Below are positions 14,285 through 27,459 of a DNA stretch of 64,000 bases, in pieces. This DNA is from Adineta vaga (Eukaryota; Animalia; Rotifera): assembly GCA_021613535.1 (NCBI GenBank), contig CP075493.1:434001-498000 (forward strand), read 5' to 3'. Each line of letters starts with the position of its first letter. Within the stretch, counting starts at the first letter, position 1. The notes below the pieces were generated by a model. That model made no database searches. It was not told where the DNA came from and was given only the letters and a program-made list of their open reading frames with translations. The position numbers and the translations under genes were made by a program.

Positions 14285-14825
14285 CGATCGAATTGCTGCG
14301 TATTAATTTTCAACTCTTTATTAAGTTGTACTAGAAAAACGGACTACACCAAAGGATGCAGCGCTTAAAGCTCTACAATTTAGATACGGTCCTTTTTTGA
14401 ATAGTTACACATTTCGTTCTGAGAACGAACAAAAATTTTTCGAAACACGTTACAGTCGCACAACAACTACACTTTCTTTACACCAAGTAAGTATTTCTCT
14501 GGGGATTTCATCTTCTTATCACATGATATGTTTTGTTGTATGAAAATAAAGCATGGCGAAAGATGCAGCAAGAAGAGTACTACAATCTCTATAGCTGATT
14601 AAAGTGTGAAACAAGTCCAAAGATATTTCACGCTCGTTCTCTATTTTCGCAATGTTACGGCTTGACCATCCAAAATTTAGTTCATACCAGAACTAAAATG
14701 CGCGACTATTAAAAAAAACGATCTTATGCAGATTGTAGAGTTTTTGACGTTGCATCTTGTGGTATAGTTCGTTTTTGAAACGTAACTTATCAAGGGTTGA
14801 AAATGAATATGCAACAACACGACCA
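14285..14825. repeat. Old degenerate inverted-repeat element
   Basis: attttcaactctttattaagttg...ggactacaccaaaggatgcagcg..aagctctacaat has a reverse-complement-like copy at 14730-14815. Confidence 0.45.
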
Positions 14826-15222
14826 GTAAGTCCGTTTTGTGTCATACTAGAGATCACGTATACTTGTTACAAAAGAAGTTATTGGTTACAGCAAAGCAAT
14901 AAATTTAGAAGTCTGAAACTTTGCACATAATTCTGAATATATGGGGGCATCCTAGCGGTACAGTTAGTTCTCGATTTAGTCTTTTGGGCGAGCTAGACGA
15001 CAAAACGTTTTTAGTGCCCTATGTAGAGTGCCTAGACCTCATTTCGACGGGGATAAGGTGTCTTCCAGATACTGGCTTTATCTCTTCTTTCGACATTATC
15101 AGCATTATCACTGTTGGTAGTTATAAGTCGTGTCGTCAATAAAAATACTTTTTTGTTCTCATTAGTTTCGTCCAAAAATTGTTTTCTGTCTGAATTGCAC
15201 TATTTCAGATTTATTGGCGCTG

Positions 15223-15645
15223 ATGTCTGCTCTTATGGACGACAAAGACTTGATTGGATATAGTGTGAAAGGTGACCGAATCAATGCTTCTTATGATTCC
15301 GTTTGGGATGCCATGATGGACAGCGTTTATCATCCGGAGAATTATATACCTCGTATAAAAATGATATCGTTAGTTGACAAAGGAGATCACTTTGTTCGAG
15401 AAGCAACGATGGGCCATAAAGGGACAACAATAGAAGAAATTGTCTGCGACAAAGAAGTAGGTGAAATTAGATTTTCAGCCCAAGTTAAACTGACAATTGT
15501 GTACAAGTATAACCGCGACACACGAGTCTTAGAGCAATGGCTGGAGCTTGACAATGGTTTCCGACTACCTTGGTTTGCACCGAAGTCAGCGGTAGAAACA
15601 GCAATACAGAAAACAAAAGAATTAGCTGAAGCAGAAAGCAAATGA
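15223..15645 (+). CDS. AtaL/DUF1857-like SRPBCC protein, paralog 2
   Basis: First ATG at 15223 (the ORF track starts at a TTG at 15214); GYSVKGDRINASYDSVWDAMMDSVYHPENYIP...KTKELAEAESK. Confidence 0.8.
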   Translation: MSALMDDKDLIGYSVKGDRINASYDSVWDAMMDSVYHPENYIPRIKMISLVDKGDHFVREATMGHKGTTIEEIVCDKEVGEIRFSAQVKLTIVYKYNRDTRVLEQWLELDNGFRLPWFAPKSAVETAIQKTKELAEAESK

Positions 15646-16668
15646 TCGGTTTCTCGTGATATAAATAAAACTGAAATAATTTGTCAAAGCTCACATTCTA
15701 TTACTAAGATACAAATAAAAGACAAAGATTGAAAACAAACTACACATAGATTCTCTAGGCGTTCTCTTGCTAATGTAACATGATCATATTTGATTTGAAA
15801 ATACTACAAATTGGCAATAATTCTAACACAATACTTGACATATTCGATCCTACAACTGCAGACGAATCTGGCGATGGTTATCAAACTGGGATACTCATTT
15901 TGCTAATCCCGTTTGCCTTTCGGCTCGATAAAAATGGTAATCTTAGACTGAAACGGGATGAAGTCTCACTCAGATTTAAAGGAATCTAAGTGTGCGTTTT
16001 TCAACTGTTATTGAACACAATGTGTGCATATGACCGAATTAAACAGCAAGTTTTTCGGTAATTATCGACCTCCCTCTGGAAAAAGTCGTTATTAAGTTAA
16101 TTTTCGTTATCATTCCTCACATACGAGGCGTCCCAAAAGTCATAATCATTTCAGAACCACGTATAGAGTGGCTGCTTCATATTCCATCATCCATTAGAAA
16201 ATCTCTCGTAGAGCTCATATATCTCGACTTTCCGATAAACCTCAGAACTGATTGCTACATTACACGATGGAGCAAGTATTTCTCTATTCAACCAGGACGT
16301 GGGTGAGGGTGTGGGTGTAATTGAAGACAGAACACGTCCACAACCTTACCCTCACCCTTAAACTTCACCCCATCCCTCACTCACACCCTCACCCATACTA
16401 TTACGCGCTAAATATCAGATGTTTTAAGCAAATCTGATGAAACGATTGAAAGTCAATTTTGCTATTTTGGATTATAATTATACACGTCTTGATCATTATA
16501 TTCAAAGATTAATTGAAGAAAAATTCAAGTATTTAATCTTCGACTATATGAAATTCCACAACTTGACGAAAGAGAATATCCATTAGCATTGAAATTTTTC
16601 TTACAATTTGGTAGTATGTTTTATTCACATTCCTACAAACATATATATATATATATATATGTTTCAGT

Positions 16669-17248
16669 TTCTGATCGATAGTTAATATGTTCTACATGAA
16701 AACATGTTTATTTCGTTTCGCTCGTCCATGTTCATTAAATGACGGATTATTTTGTATACAAACGCCTGAAACACGTTATGAATTAGCTGAATGTGGTAGC
16801 TGTGGTTTGTGTTATCCTCAGTATGATATGACATTTCGAACAAAAAAGCGTATAGTCGACTTCAATGAAGCACATAAACATACATTTGTCAATGAATATG
16901 AAGCAATTCTAAACCGTTCAGCTGTATGTATTATACGAATATTTAGAAGCAGATAAGGATTCTAATTCATTCTTAGTTTCTTCTAGTCATGTCATACATA
17001 AAATGTTATCTATGTATTGACATGTCCATGTGGTACTGTTGATGATATTGGTGCAACTAATCAAAGTTTACATGATCGTCTCTATAGTTAGTATTTTTTT
17101 CTGTACGATCAATATTATTTTTACAGAACATCGTGAACATAGAAATCGAATTATACATGGATTCTTATTGGGACAAGGAAATATCTTACGTGACGTACCA
17201 CCAAAGAAAACAAATGAGTATGATTCATTAAAGAAAAAGATATTTTGA
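16669..17248 (+). pseudogene. GIY-YIG endonuclease-like gene relic with CxxC motifs
   Basis: Spliced reading of exons ..16923, 16987-17086 and 17127.. gives ECGSCGLC...SCHT*NVIYVLTCPCGTVDDIGATNQSLHDRLYKHREH. This matches the Penelope-type IY.L.C..C...YIG.T...L..R..EH signature, with an in-frame stop and YIG changed to DIG. Confidence 0.65.
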
Positions 17249-17314
17249 AATAAGTATTATTACTTTACAAAACTTAGCATTCTGCGAAAAGATCGAAAGA
17301 AATTATATCAACAT

Positions 17315-17625
17315 TCAGCACGATGTACCATAGCTTAAATCAGTTTGCTCTTGTGATTCTTCTATTATGAAATAATCATCACCGTTAATAAGAAGACGAA
17401 TCTGATCAACTTTTTCAGATGTTGTTTCAGTGATCGGTCTGCCAGATCGTAGTTCATCTTCAACTTCTTCTCGACCTTCACGAAACAACTTGGACCATCT
17501 TCCTACTGTTCTGAGAGAAGGAGTTTGATCATCACAAACAGAATACAATTCATTATAAATAATTTTTCTTGGATATTAAGTGCAGTACTTACTTCGATGT
17601 AGAAACGGAAATTTTATGTGCTCAT
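17315..17625 (-). mobile_element. Truncated mariner transposase, N-terminal HTH region
   Basis: NELYSVCDDQTPSLRTVGRWSKLFREGREEVEDELRSGRPITETT...TDLSYGT is a typical mariner N-terminus; no catalytic domain follows. Confidence 0.8.
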
Positions 17626-18768
17626 TTAAAATGGAAAAATGTAGTCAGAATTAATCCTGGTCTGATTTTCGATTTTCTCAAATATGCACAGATAAACGAC
17701 ATGTGCACGCAAAAGCAGTACATCGAACGTGTTACTGTGTATGTATGTATGAATGGTTAGTTATTACGAGAGATAAGCAGACAATGATGAGAGAAAGAAC
17801 AAAAGAAAATGAAGAAAAAACGAAAAAACAACACGTGTAGATGAATTTATATACTGTTGCTACCAGCGAGAGTTCGACAAAAAAGTCTTTGTCGAAGTTT
17901 GATTACTTTGATCGTAGATGAGTATTGATCAAATACCATAAAAAGATAGAGCGAAAAACGCTCTATCGATTGGTAAAAAAAGAGCTTTTGGTTATAGGCT
18001 AATAAGGGAAAACAAACCCTCCGCCACTACTTTTGGATAACCCTAAGTAGATTATTTTGTGAGTATGGATGTGAAAGTGTGTAGTTACCGTGATCATGAT
18101 TTCGTCCTGACGAAAAGACTTTTTAGACGACTCAAATAGAAGGATGTTTTTGAATGATTTAAAGAGCATAAACAAAGTACATAACCTATATCTCGATCCA
18201 AATAATCAAGAATGAATCATGGAACTCCTATGACAGGAGTGGCGGCGTAACCATAAATGTGAGGGTCGCATTCGGTAAAAAAGGTGTCATAGTGAAACTT
18301 TTTTTGGTACTATTTTCAGAACCTTTTTAGGTTCTAGTAAAAAAATCTAGCATTTAAAATAGTATCCAAATCTAGAACCGTAAAAAGTTCTAGCTCCCCG
18401 CTAAAACGTTGTATGGCTCACTATTACCTAGTTTTTAGCATTATTCTGTCGACAGAATTTGATTCATACCTCGTTTGTATGACAAAGGTATATCTGCTAT
18501 TGCTTAGCACTCTTTGTGAATTGTGCGCGCGTAGTATGAGAACGGATAGGAGAGAGTGCAAAGATGCCTCCTGTACTTATATAACTTTTGGACAAAATAT
18601 GATGTTTTCTGCATTTAGGTAAGAAACAAATGTGTTTCTATAAATCTTCAAGAAATACTTGCGCGGAAATATTTCAAAGATAAATGCGGAAACATCGGAT
18701 TCACATTCAAGTGTTATGTGTACTTCAAAAAGTGAAAACGTACGTTCACTTTTATAATGTCGATTTAA

Positions 18769-19014
18769 TCATATCGATATTGCTGAATCTGAATTGACCG
18801 GAAAGTAATAAATAACAATATGAACAAAACTTGAAAAAAGAATATTTTTCGACTTAAAATTTCTATGAGCCATAAGTGGACGTTTACATTGATTTTCATT
18901 TTGAAAATCTTCATAAAGAAAATCAAGACCTTCACTAATTTGTTTCAATATTTTTGAAAATGTTTTGCATTTAAAATAACATTGTCGATTAGATAATTTT
19001 TTAATAAACCACAA
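18769..19014 (-). pseudogene. Fragment of a TGF-beta/activin-receptor-like Ser/Thr kinase
   Basis: ISEGLDFLYED...KRPLMAHRNFKSKNIL resembles subdomains VIa-VIb (AHRDxKSKNIL) with the catalytic D replaced by N; no other exons recognised. Confidence 0.55.
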
Positions 19015-20309
19015 GATAAATATTCACATGAAAGTCAAAATAATTGATTATCAACAGAATAATTAGAAAATTAAAAATATTTCTGTAGAAAAACAATTAC
19101 TATGCAAACTTTGGCAATAGTATTGTAACGGAATCTACTTCTGATAGATGAATATAAATCAAGAGACGTCAAATAGTTCAGAGCGTTCGGACAACACCGA
19201 GACGTGATGATTTATTGTTTAATGATAATGAAAAATAATAACAAAGTTCACAAATGAATATAGTTTGAGATTGAGCAGGTTCAGACTCCTATTCCGTTTT
19301 CAGAGTCAACTATAACGACTATAACTAACTTCGATATCAAGATACGTCTAGCACACTGTGTATATGTGTATAGTTGTAAACGACTAACGTAGAAGTCTAG
19401 ACACAGCTAACTCCTATTAGTATCCGTCTACAACTAACTTTTTTTATGATATCCGAGAGACCTTCGATGAGAGAACAAGAGCGAGCACAAAAGAGAGGAG
19501 GAGAGAAAGAGAAATATCAAGAAAAATGTATAGAGAGAAAACACACTGCAAGAGAGAGATAAAGAAAAAGAACAAGAAAAAGGAAATGATATGATAGCAG
19601 AACAAATATTATTGAGATATATATGTAAGGGGTGTCGTACAAAAGGACGTCTGCCACTTTTGTTGGCACAAGTATCTATTGAACGAAACGACGACTTAGA
19701 AAAAGATCATGTGGATGGAATTCATCCGGAAACCTCCTACTAATTCACCCTTAATGATTTGAACCTCATATTTAAATTTCTTCAGACCTGATTAACTACT
19801 ATGGAAAGTTCGGTGACAGTGCCTGTTACAGAAACTAAGTGCATAGCGAACTGATAGCCACATCAATAAACCTTTTTCGATTATAGATGTATACGAAACA
19901 TGGATATTTTACTGAAACTCAGGAATGGCACAAGCGATCGAGCTCATCTTCGAACTCGACCGAGATATTGATGAGACAAGGGTGTCTACAAAACTTCAGC
20001 TCAATCGGATGCAGTTGTGAAGAGTTCGCCAGTCAATGGACGGACGGACGGGCGGACACACTGAACGATTTTAGTAGTGTACTCACTTTTTCAGTACACA
20101 ATAAAGTATCTGTTGAACAGTACACATTCTCAAAAGCTTTTTGTTCTCTTCTAATGCATATGACTGAATAGAAAAAAATTAACCAAAATCTTTAAATAGC
20201 CATACGTTATTCAAATAGCGAGATTTCATTAAAAAATATCTGTGTTAATAAACTACAGTATTACACAAATAGGTGCATTTCATTTCAACTCTGCGAGAAA
20301 AGTTGGTAT

Positions 20310-21910
20310 GGGTGATTCCATGAGAAACGTACCACTTTGCACACGTCTTTCTCAGAATTTGTTCAAACTTTGAGGATTTGTAGAGCTTGATGAGCTGATC
20401 GTTTTGGTATAAAATTATCCTAGATGTGTATCTAGTTTGACCTAGAACGACCCAAAATACCATTTCACAAAAACATGCAAAACTGGCCGTTCATCAACAG
20501 TATTTTGTCTATTTCTTTCGCATTAAAAATCGAAACCCTAACTTTTCATATACATTTTGATAGCCCGTCTTCTGCTCTATTGAACTATATATAAATTAAA
20601 TAACTTGGTTTAGTCAGGTGAGCGTGGTACAGCGCACACTTACGCGAACTTGGTTTAGTCAGGTGAGCGTGGTACAGCGCACACTTACGCGAACTTGGCC
20701 TCAAGATAACACGGTCCTACCGAATTCGGCTGAGTGGAGGTATAGTAGGTTTTGTAGAGCGTCACTTGCTCTATCTCCTGGTATATAAGACTCCTGACGC
20801 GGTTTCGATTTTCACTCGTTAGCGAGCTCAAACGATTGATCTGCTCCTATAATTGAACAAATTTCGCTACTTATTCGCTAGTTTTTCGAAAAAACTTCAA
20901 TGGAATGGTCTGAAAATCGCGATACAAGTAGACTTCAGTTTGTGGAGAAAAGAGGTCTAGGATTTAACCCACAATCATAGTTTCTTTCATACACATTTCG
21001 GAAATAACAACGTTCGTCAAAACTAACGATATCTTCGATACACCATAGGATGATAAAATTGAACAATTTGTATCTTCTAGATAGCCGTGCGTTATATGGG
21101 CTTTTGAATATATTAAAAAGAGATCAGTCAAAAGCTAATACAGTTCTTGGTGGTAACTGGAGTAGCGACAGCGCCACGATTTTTATATATAGGGTATTTA
21201 AGTCCTTTCCAAATAATTCTGAGGCTGCTCAGCCCCCAAAATTTGACATTTTTGTATAAAAAGCCATATGTTCTATATGAAATTTTTCTTAAGTTTGAGG
21301 GACACAAATAATTTTCGAAAGGACTAAGTCCCGCCAGCCCATCCTTGTCGTCGCCACTAGACTGGAATCGAATTTATTGACCAAACAAGCACAGATTTAT
21401 CGAAATTGTTCAATTATAGGAGCAGATCAATCGTTTGAGCTCGCTAACGAGTGAAAATCGAAACCGCGTCAGGAGTCTTATATACCAGGAGATAGAGCAA
21501 GTGACGCCCTACAAAACCTACTATACCTCCACTCAGCCGAATTCGGTAGGACCGTGTTATCTTGAGGCCAAGTTCGCGTAAGTGTGCGCTGTACCACGCT
21601 CACCTGACTAAACCAAGTTATTTAATTTATATATAGTTCAATAGAGCAGAAGACGGGCTATCAAAATGTATATGAAAAGTTAGGGTTTCGATTTTTAATG
21701 CGAAAGAAATAGACAAAATACTGTTGATGAACGGCCAGTTTTGCATGTTTTTGTGAAATGGTATTTTGGGTCGTTCTAGGTCAAACTAGATACACATCTA
21801 GGATAATTTTATACCAAAACGATCAGCTCATCAAGCTCTACAAATCCTCAAAGTTTGAACAAATTCTGAGAAAGACGTGTGCAAAGTGGTACGTTTCTCA
21901 TGGAATCAAC
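20310..21910. mobile_element. Large foldback element, ~510-550 bp near-identical arms around a ~530 bp spacer
   Basis: gattccatgagaaacgtaccac...ataattgaacaa (20314-20860) mirrors 21406-21908. The mirror ORFs 20245..20463(-) and 21758..22003(+) are a by-product. Confidence 0.85.
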
Positions 21911-22094
21911 CAATGTAATGGAGAAAATATCAGAGTTAATATGTACGATTTATGTGCATTGTTTTTTTATTACAGACTTCTCATAGTATACGACAGATTA
22001 TAAGAAAATACGTCAATTTTCTTTTCGCTATCAAAAGTCTTTCTTGGTGTTCACTTATCATACAGGTCGATACGAACTGGTTTGCGAAAACACT

Positions 22095-22517
22095 TCATTT
22101 GCTTTGTGTCTCAGCCAATTCTTTTGTTTTTTGTATAGATGCGACTATCACTGATTTTGCTACCATCCAGGGTAACCGATGACCAGTCTTAAGTTCTAAC
22201 CATTCTTCTAATACTTGTGTATCACGATTGTACCGATGCACAATCGCTACTTTCATTGGAGCCGAAAATTTAATTTCACCTTTTTCTTTATCACAGTAGA
22301 TTTTCTCCGTAGTTTGATGTGGATCACCTTGCCACGATACCCGAACAATATGATCTCCATGGTCCTCAATCGATAACATTTTCATAAAAGATAAGTATTT
22401 CTCGGGATGATAAACGCTATCCATCATCGCGTCCCAAATAGCATCATATGGCGCATTAATTCGCTGACTTTTCACGCCAGAACCAACTAATTCTTCGCCT
22501 TCCTTGAAAACTGGCAT
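22095..22517 (-). CDS. AtaL/DUF1857-like SRPBCC protein, paralog 3
   Basis: ATG at 22517; GSGVKSQRINAPYDAIWDAMMDSVYHPEKYL...KTKELAETQSK. Confidence 0.8.
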   Translation of the reverse strand: MPVFKEGEELVGSGVKSQRINAPYDAIWDAMMDSVYHPEKYLSFMKMLSIEDHGDHIVRVSWQGDPHQTTEKIYCDKEKGEIKFSAPMKVAIVHRYNRDTQVLEEWLELKTGHRLPWMVAKSVIVASIQKTKELAETQSK

Positions 22518-23741
22518 GAGTGGCAAGCAATCTAAAAGCGTATGATCTTATTATTAAAAGTTGATTAGATATTCTCCTTGGTGATAGGGTTCAGTTCAGT
22601 GTATTTATCAGCTATTTTTCATAAGTCTTCAAACTATCGATAAAGTTTCTGAGCGAATAGAATTAGATGACTTTCATCCTAATATGATACATAATAGCTA
22701 ACAATGAAGCAGTGACAAAATTAGTTTACAGTAACGTAAGTTTGTATATTAGAAAACTTCTAAGTAATCTGCCTGCATACAGGTATGCTTATACAATAGA
22801 AAAACAAACAGCAAGAAAACGAAAGAAAACGATTCGACAGCGTCTATTTATATTTAAGGACGTGATAGCCACGCTTCATTGACGACTGGCATGTTTATGT
22901 TCAGTGTTTATTTATAAGAGCGTAGAGGCTCTGCTTCTTTAGATTTCCTATCATCCGTTCTGTTCTGTAATTCTTGCTTGGACTTGGATAATATATACCT
23001 CACTATAGCCATTTCAAGTGGCAGCTTCTGAGATTCTGATGTATCACTTTCCGAATCTGGGTACCTTATTCGTGTGAGACTTCGAGTATACAATATATAT
23101 ATTGAGAGTTGCCAGATCAAACATTTGTAAACCGAAAGTTCTTTTGCCTGAATTCAGAAAAACCGGAGAAGCACTACAAAATTCGGAGCGGATTCTGGAA
23201 GACAATTTTCTAACCTTCCAGTGCTTAAATCGAGTTTCTGTTAATAAAACTACAGATTCTAATTTGTTGTCATCTTTTGCTTATACATATTTCATCAGAA
23301 GGAAACAGAAAGTATGTCAAATACTCCACTGGAAATGATTACTCTTAAGAAGATACACAATTAATGCAAGAAAAGCAATTGAAAATCAATTTATGTGAGG
23401 TGCAGCTAAAGCGAAGTTTGAGCATCTCTGATTTTTCTCTGAAATCAGCGCAGTTAGATGCAGTTTTTCATGCTGATCACGAATATGGAATTATATTTGT
23501 ATTTTGATCAATGTTTCATCGATAAAAGTACAAAATACGGACAATCCAAGCCCCCAAATATCCTCATTTTTCTAAAACTTTTCTAAAATTTATATCCTCT
23601 CTGGGTTCAACTCTTCACTTTTTATTCTCGCTGGCATGCTAATCGAATTTCTCATGTTTCAATGGTTCTGTGTGTGTATTCTAGAACTAGATTTCATGTT
23701 GTATGAGAGTAAGGGTTTTCACCCTCACCCAAACATCGCTT

Positions 23742-24428
23742 TTATACAAGACCACCATTTCTTGTAAATCCATCTAGTTTTTTTGTTATACTAGATGTGA
23801 ACTTCGATTACACAACATTAGAAATGTTTCTTGACAGATTACAAAAGTACGGCTCGCTTTTTCTTATTTTATTTTTCATTTCTTGAAAGCAGCTATATCA
23901 TGGCCCGAGGATCCCCGTTTTCAACCATTCTCGATGATATTTCGGAGTTTTTGAGCCTCATAAGCCTTCTAAGAAATAAAACAATTATGAGTCTGAAATC
24001 AGCGCAAAATTCCGCGTCGAATGGTATAACTTTGGTACGGATTCGAAACCTTTCATTTTTTGGTAATTTTCTTGTACTACTTGAGGGTTATTCTTCACAA
24101 ACTAAGATTAAAAATGAAAGTTTTCGAATCCGTACCAAAGTTATACCATTCGACGCGGAATTTTGCGCTGATTTCAGACTCATAATTGTTTTATTTCTTA
24201 GAAGGCTTATGAGGCTCAAAAACTCCGAAATATCATCGAGAATGGTTGAAAACGGGGATCCTCGGGCCATGATATAGCTGCTTTCAAGAAATGAAAAATA
24301 AAATAAGAAAAAGCGAGCCGTACTTTTGTAATCTGTCAAGAAACATTTCTAATGTTGTGTAATCGAAGTTCACATCTAGTATAACAAAAAAACTAGATGG
24401 ATTTACAAGAAATGGTGGTCTTGTATAA
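23742..24428. mobile_element. Near-perfect palindromic MITE (~315 bp arms, ~50 bp spacer)
   Basis: ttatacaagaccaccatttcttg ... caagaaatggtggtcttgtataa; gives identical ORF N-termini on both strands. Confidence 0.85.
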
Positions 24429-24517
24429 TTTAGTATGTACAGAAAGATGAGGATGGCAATAATGCACACCAGAAATCAAATTCGATACTCCAATTTAAAT
24501 CAAGACGTTCTTTATCT

Positions 24518-24952
24518 ATGATAATTCGGCATGTACAATCGGATGGAAATTGTTATTTTAGAGGTTTAAGCGATCAAATGTCTGGTTCACAGGCTAGACA
24601 TATTGTTCTACGTGCACTCATTGTTGAATTTATAAATAAGAATCCTCAAAAATTTCAAAATTCTATTGATTATCAATACTATCACTCATGGGAAGATTTT
24701 ATTTGTAAAATGCGTGAAAATGGAATATTTATTGATGGTATCGTAATAGTAACTTCTGGAATGTTCTTACAACGACCCATTATTATTCATCAAAATCAAG
24801 AACGTCCATTCTTACTGAAATACTCATCTTTGATTTCAAATGACAATTAAATACATCTTACTTATGATTGTAAAAAACTTCATTATAACAGTTTGTGGTC
24901 ATTTGACGGGAAAAGACTTGAAACTGATGAATCAGAATGTGGATTTGCTTAA
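24518..24952 (+). pseudogene. OTU-family cysteine protease / deubiquitinase with one premature stop
   Basis: VQSDGNCYFRGLSDQ (Cys loop)...ISNDN*IHLTYDCKKLHYNSL (His loop); TAA at 24848-50 lies between the catalytic Cys and His. Confidence 0.8.
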
Positions 24953-25908
24953 ATATAATGTAATAAATCAATTATATCAAAGAGGAGTAGTCTAGTTAAG
25001 TTTCCATGTCATTAGCTAGAAAAATATGATTGCCAGTTCGAGAGAGCTTTCGAGTACAGAATGTTTCTGCGTTGAAAGACATGGATTTTCACTAAATTTA
25101 TCCAAGGGAAAAGTTTTACAATGGATTATTATAGAACCGTTTTTTTAAGCTGGATATGATTACTATTATTAATGATCATGCAGAAGAGAGAATTACTCTC
25201 TTCATTTTGAATATGTATTGATCAGAGGTGATGGAATCGATACAAAATTAAATTGTGTATTCAGTAGTGGTGGTTTTGTTCAACGAAAAAGCTGTGGAGA
25301 GAATTGCAGACGAATCTTTTTTTCTCTATCAATATATGTGCATCAATCAAAGAGAATAAAGAACAGAGAAATTCTCTCTTGAGTTTCTTTTCCTATTGAA
25401 GAGAGGTGATGAAATCGTTAAAAAATTGAATTTTGTATCAATGGAGTGTGTTTTCTATATTTGCTATTGCGTTTCATGAAATAGGGATGATATTTTAGCT
25501 TGTTATTGATCCGTTTAGTTTGATCCATGATGAATAAAAAAGAAGAATGAATCAACAAAGTTTTTTTCTTTTGCTTTTAGATTTTTTTCTACCGGATTTA
25601 TTGTTCAGTCTCAAACTATTTTGTCTGATCAAACTACGAAAGACTTTTACCACGAATGTTTTTTTCTCAAAAATCTAATTAACTGAATGTTGATCACTGT
25701 GTATTTATTACCGATATGGTCAACTGAATCGATGTGTTCTTATTGTGAATGTTCAAGGATTAGTCTTTATTTTTTATATCGACCAAATTAATTCAAATGA
25801 TAATATTCACAAAATTTCTTTTGCATAGAAAAAGAATCACATTTATCACCAAAATGTTGCCGTCGAAAACGACAAAATCCGTTCACGTCGAATTTCTGTA
25901 CAATCTTC

Positions 25909-27459
25909 TAGGGATGGGCGGTGTCGAATAACGGAGCACCGATGAACACCGACTGTGTGCTCAGTGCACGCTGATAGTCCACCGTCAGTATTACACTGGT
26001 TCTTGGCGATCACTGACACCGATGGCACTGAAACACCGACCCTCTTTGAACACTTGCCTAGTGATGGACTGGTACGCTCGGTTCACTGACATCTTATCAT
26101 TGCTTATTGCATTTCACAGTAAGATATGGTTAGGATGGATAAAAAATACTCAGAGGTTGGTTATATACACTTTTCAATATAAATCAAAGTTTTAGTATCA
26201 ATAATACAATGAAAAAAAGATGGTGTTACAAAAAATAGGGTATTAGTATTTTATGCTATCACCACAGTCACCCAACTTTGTAAGATCGGATGTTGGTTAT
26301 CCCCACTAACACCCACAACTCAGAGGGTTATGCGCACAAACACCCACTATCACTCACTTTTCCCAACTCATAAGGAAGAAAAACATGAAATACATATGAA
26401 AAAATGAAGGTCCTCAACACTATCACCCAATATCTTCCTTGCCATCAAGACAACCACTGTTGTGAGTCCCCACTAACACCCACAGAATATGAAGAACTAT
26501 CTTTTGATGTACGGTTCAAGTCCTTTTATGAACACGATTATTCTGAAAAAGCGTCAAAATACAAATGCATATTCTCACCGACTTGCGAAAAAACGAAAAC
26601 AGGAAAAAAATTTTCACCACCACTTTGACAGCTAATTGCAGGAGTTGAAGTAAAATATATGTTTTTTGAATTAAAATGAGCACCATTCTACGGAAGAATT
26701 GAGGGACTTTTATTGGCATGTAATGGCGTATTTGTTCTTATTGCAAGTCACTGAGAATATGCATTTGTATTGTGACGCTTTTTCAGATTAATCGTCTTTA
26801 TAAAAGGACTTGAATCGTATATCAAAAGATAGATGTTGACATTCTGTGGGTGTTAGTGGGGACTCACAACAGTGGTTGTCTTGATGGCAAGGAAGATATT
26901 GGGTGATAGTGTTGAGGACCTTCATTTTTTCATATGCATTTCATGTTTTTCTTCCTTATGAGTTGGGAAAAGTGAGTGATAGTGGGTGTTTGTGCGCATA
27001 ACCCTCTGAGTTGTGGGTGTTAGTGGGGATAACCAACATCCGATCTTACAAAGTTGGGTGACTGTGGTGATAGCATAAAATACTAATATCCCAAAAAATA
27101 CAGTAAATACATTCAATAAACTGTCCCATAGCCTTAGTCTATCGATTAATAAAATATTCCAACGTATTCTAATATTCTATCTGAAAGATGTCATGAAGTT
27201 CCACTCATGAACAATACATAAAAAGCATCAGTATTAAGGTGTCAGTGAAATCAGTGCGTTTGATATCATCAGTGAACCGAGGGTATCCGTGCATCACTGA
27301 GTCAGTGTTGAAAAACGATCAGTGTTCCAGTAACATTGGTGTCAGTAAACACCGAGAATCAGTGCGACACCGACGGTGTCCTGATGGCGTGCATTCAACT
27401 CTAGTATCGGTGCAACTGTATCAGTTTTTCAGTATTGTCGCTGACAACGCACATCCCTA
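25909..27459. mobile_element. hAT non-autonomous element with perfect 8-bp TSD
   Basis: caatcttc|TAGGGATGGGC ... GCACATCCCTA|caatcttc (25901-08, 27460-67); Ac/Ds-like terminus; many cactga and acaccga subterminal repeats. Confidence 0.9.
26238..27091. mobile_element. MULE-like foldback element nested in the hAT element
   Basis: caaaaaata|gggtattagtattttatgc ... gcataaaatactaatatcc|caaaaaata (9-bp TSD); arms of about 340 bp. Confidence 0.8.

Noticed and set aside
19124-19830. Possible solo LTR (TGTAAC...GTTACA)
   Set aside because: The flanks show no target duplication and there is no second copy or gag/pol in the window.
19975-20100. Helitron/DINE-like tail (aaacttcagctcaatcgg...ggacggacggacgg)
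   Set aside because: Resemblance only; boundaries could not be defined.
23831-24339. Mirror-image ORF pairs (also 20245/21758 and the 61709-63475 set)
   Set aside because: By-products of palindromic elements; no protein motifs, and many use non-ATG starts.
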